64,000 nt of DNA. Origin: Phoronis australis. Its lineage: Eukaryota; Animalia; Phoronida. Positions 60,877-64,000 of this stretch are shown here, piece by piece. The translations under genes and the position numbers were made by a program. The notes below the pieces were generated by a model. The model did no database searches and had not been told where the DNA came from. It worked only from the letters and a program-made list of their open reading frames with translations. Location: NCBI GenBank assembly GCA_002633005.1, contig NMRA01000372.1:335058-399057 (forward strand). The letters are read 5' to 3'. Every line of letters begins with the position of its first letter. The stretch's first letter is position 1.

Positions 60877-63370
60877 GATTGTCATTGCCTAACATTAGGC
60901 AAGCCACCTAACTCGAGTCACGGTCGTATTTTCACCTTACGTAGTACACAACAACGAAAAAAGCACGTAGAACTAAATTAACTGTTTCCTTACCTACTGA
61001 AGCAAGCCCCAAAACGCGACACGGATTCAAATAAGGAAGTAGTCTGACTGTTACGATTCGGACCTGTCCTGTTTACTGTTCCTCAACCACACAGTTTACG
61101 TAAACACAAACGTAAAACTTATATTTTTAGTGACTAAATTTTACATGAAAATGAGTGCTATTCATACATGTTTGTCATTAAATAAAAATTCTTTATGGGT
61201 ATACAGTTTTACAGATAGAAAACTTTTACCATTTTGGCATATATTGTACATAAATTTAGGTGAACAAAACATTTGTTTTATATTTATGAATAGCTATGTG
61301 AAAAGAGAGACATCTAGCGTTTGATTTGCTTTACATAATTTTAAATTACAGCCTGCTAACACATATATGCCTCGGCGCCCGCATTCAATGATCTTTGACA
61401 ATTGAGTTTCAGTCTTATGTGCAGACTTGTGTTAAATTTTGTTTTTCAATTTACTTTAAATGTGCTTCACTAATCTGAGACAAGACTGATCCGAACTGGT
61501 TCGGCTGGTTACTACCACCGGCCCGGCGGCTGCACCAACTCAGCCGGAATTAAGGCATGAGCCGGCCCGCTTTTTTCAGCTATTTTTTCCGAATCATAAG
61601 TTCTTCTTCCACGAGGTTGCGTTCCATGCGCGCACCTGGGGGGGAGGGGGAGGGGCCGGGGGGAGTTGGGGGGGGGGGCTCGGAGGGCTCGACGCCGAGA
61701 CCCTCTTGAAGTTGGGCCGAAGTGCCGGGCAACGCCATGGAGGCTTACACTGGTCACCGCTCAGATTCCCCTAGCCCCGCCAAACAATTTTTATGATGCC
61801 TTTTCAGTTCGCCCTTTGTGCTGATGTAGTTCTAAGCTACTTAAATGGAAAGGTAATAGCTACCACTGTTTCAACAATTATGGTTGTTATTACACCCGAG
61901 CCCTGGCCGGCAGCACACTAACAGAGATATCACATATGATGAGCCTGCAGGCGTGTGGAGAGTTGTAACTTGGTACATAAAAAGTTAATTGGATGTATTT
62001 ATCTTGACCGAGGACCACTTCTCAAAGGAACGACATGTTTCATATACCGGCTATAATACTCCTGCCTACCTATTTTTTTACCGGGAATCATTGAACTCTA
62101 TAGTGGTCGATATCTTATTTTTAAACTTCAACTACCAAAACAGTGGTAGATTTTAATCGTCAGCGATCAGCTTAATTAGTTTAGTTAATTGAACTTCCCA
62201 GATTACAGCAACACTAAACATTTCACAGCGATCAAAAGTACACGTACTATTCGTTCAAGTTTAACCTTTATTAGAACTCAAATCATCTATACAAAAGTAC
62301 AAATGATGATCTGATAGCCGCGAAACTGAAGATTTGGAATTTCTGGACAATTTCGGTTACACTGACAACATAACTATTCGCATAGATGTTTGTCAGTCAT
62401 AAAAACGGTGCCGGCGCAAACGATAAATACAACTGTTTCCTAGTCTAAAATCTGGTTAAAAGAGATTGAAAGAATAGTAATAAAATAAATAATCCCTGCA
62501 TTGATATTGTACACTCTGATCAACGTTTGTAAATCCACTTGTATTATATCAATACACATGTTAATTTATCTTCAATCGTACCCAGTGTTTTTAGTTTTTA
62601 CTAGCTTATTAGTTCATCGATTTGGTTGTTTTTGTTTCTCAGCGGAATACCACCGTGGTGACGAAAATTATTGGTTAATGCATTATGAAAATTCGCCAAT
62701 ATGTACATGTAAAGGCCGAGAAGTTTACTTCAGTTTGTAGTCGGACAATTTCACTTACATTTGTAATTGGGTCTTGCTCGCACCAGACTCCGCCTCTCTG
62801 CCACTCTTGTGCTCTTCCAACTGAGCTACCGAGGTCCCGATATCTGTGCAATAACTGTTTGCAGCCGGCGGTTGGGTGGGTGGGTGGTCGGGTGGGTGGG
62901 CAAGGGGTTGAAGTGATTGGCAATCTGGGACTTAAGCAATGAACAGGATGAACACCTAGGATACGGAGCCAGACACAGAATGAATGAGTTTCTACCGTAC
63001 TAGTACCTACCATACCGGGAGCGGTCTGCTCTCCCACACCCCCCATTGTGGGTAAGCCAGTGCTTACTAGAGTTCGCATTTTTTTCAAAATTGGTAATAG
63101 TGTTTCTATTTCAATATCTCACTAACCTATGTGAAATCGCCAATCGTTGCTCTTTTAAGGCTAAAGTGTTTGACTTCATTTTCAAAATTTGACATTGTTC
63201 TTAGTCAAGTTGATGTAAATTCTTGCCCAAATAAGATAGCACAAACAACTTTTAGCCTACATGGCCCCGAGGGATCTCTAATCGTTTCTATTCTGAGCAA
63301 GGTAGAAGTTCCAATATAACATTTGAGTCTATGTGTTATTTTTGGAAAATTAAAGTTGTCGTGTAGTACA

Positions 63371-63525
63371 CAGTGGCGGATTTAAAGCGGGGCCAAGGGG
63401 GCCATGCTCCCCCCTAAAACTCTCCCAGATTCCATTTTGCAATTGGGGGTGCGAATGTCTGACGGGCAAAATCCTTGTTAATACTCTGCCTTGGCCCCTA
63501 ACTAAAAATCCTGGATCCGCCCCTG
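63371..63525 (+). mobile_element. hAT-type MITE
   Basis: CAGTGGCGGATTT...GGATCCGCCCCTG; same body as the 17192 copy; no TSD visible. Confidence 0.75.
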
Positions 63526-64000
63526 ATCTTTATGCATAAAATGTACAGTACTGTGTACCTGTTAGAAATTCTGTTTATTTTTCAAAATTATTTAAACACA
63601 CAGAACTCTCCTAGATGTGAATTATAACATTCTCTATACTCGGAATGTGTCTGGCTACCTCTGCATAATGTGTAGGTTGTTTTGTCCTTTGGTTTGGGTG
63701 GTGATTAGTTTTAGTCAATGTCATTCCATTAAACTCTCAAATCATTCTGTCATATTTTCAAATGGTCGGAATAATATTGATTTTGTAATTAAAAGAATTC
63801 GTTCCGTAACGGCCCTCGATGTACATGTGTAACTGCCGATAGTTTTGCCAAATTTATTTAGTCGCAGATTTCAACCCCGTAACATTGAAACAATATTTCC
63901 AATAAAACAGAACCGGCAGGTTGAAACGGACGGTATTATGATTCACACACGTTTGAAACATTATTTGTCTATCCCGGGGAGATATCTCATTATCATCTGT

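Noticed and set aside
62675-63088. 137-aa Pro-rich ORF
   Set aside because: Driven by a GGTG/GGTC low-complexity tract; no domain or splice support.

Overview
AT-rich eukaryotic (animal, probably marine invertebrate; inferred) genomic DNA with spliceosomal introns. No prokaryotic features, rRNA or CRISPR were found. Two spliced genes lie on the minus strand. (1) A secreted protein (signal peptide at 22092, running off the left edge) built from repeated beta-rich domains that resemble bacterial DUF11/fimbrial isopeptide-type repeats. (2) A 9-coding-exon GRDP-like (DUF1399) gene at 42368-53533 ending in a Gly/Cys tail. Intronic and intergenic DNA holds an antisense THAP-domain ORF, a decayed intron-containing hAT transposase with a related MITE family showing 5-bp TSDs, a decayed Gypsy pol remnant, a probable TIR-domain pseudogene, several palindromic MITEs and minisatellites. 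Three 1.2-1.4 kb tandem duplications and one 450-bp inverted duplication each abut a single N, so they are most likely allelic haplotypes joined by the assembler. Comparing paired copies shows repeated TA->TACATGTA / TACTGTA insertions that match Tc1/mariner excision footprints. All family assignments are by eye, not by database search.
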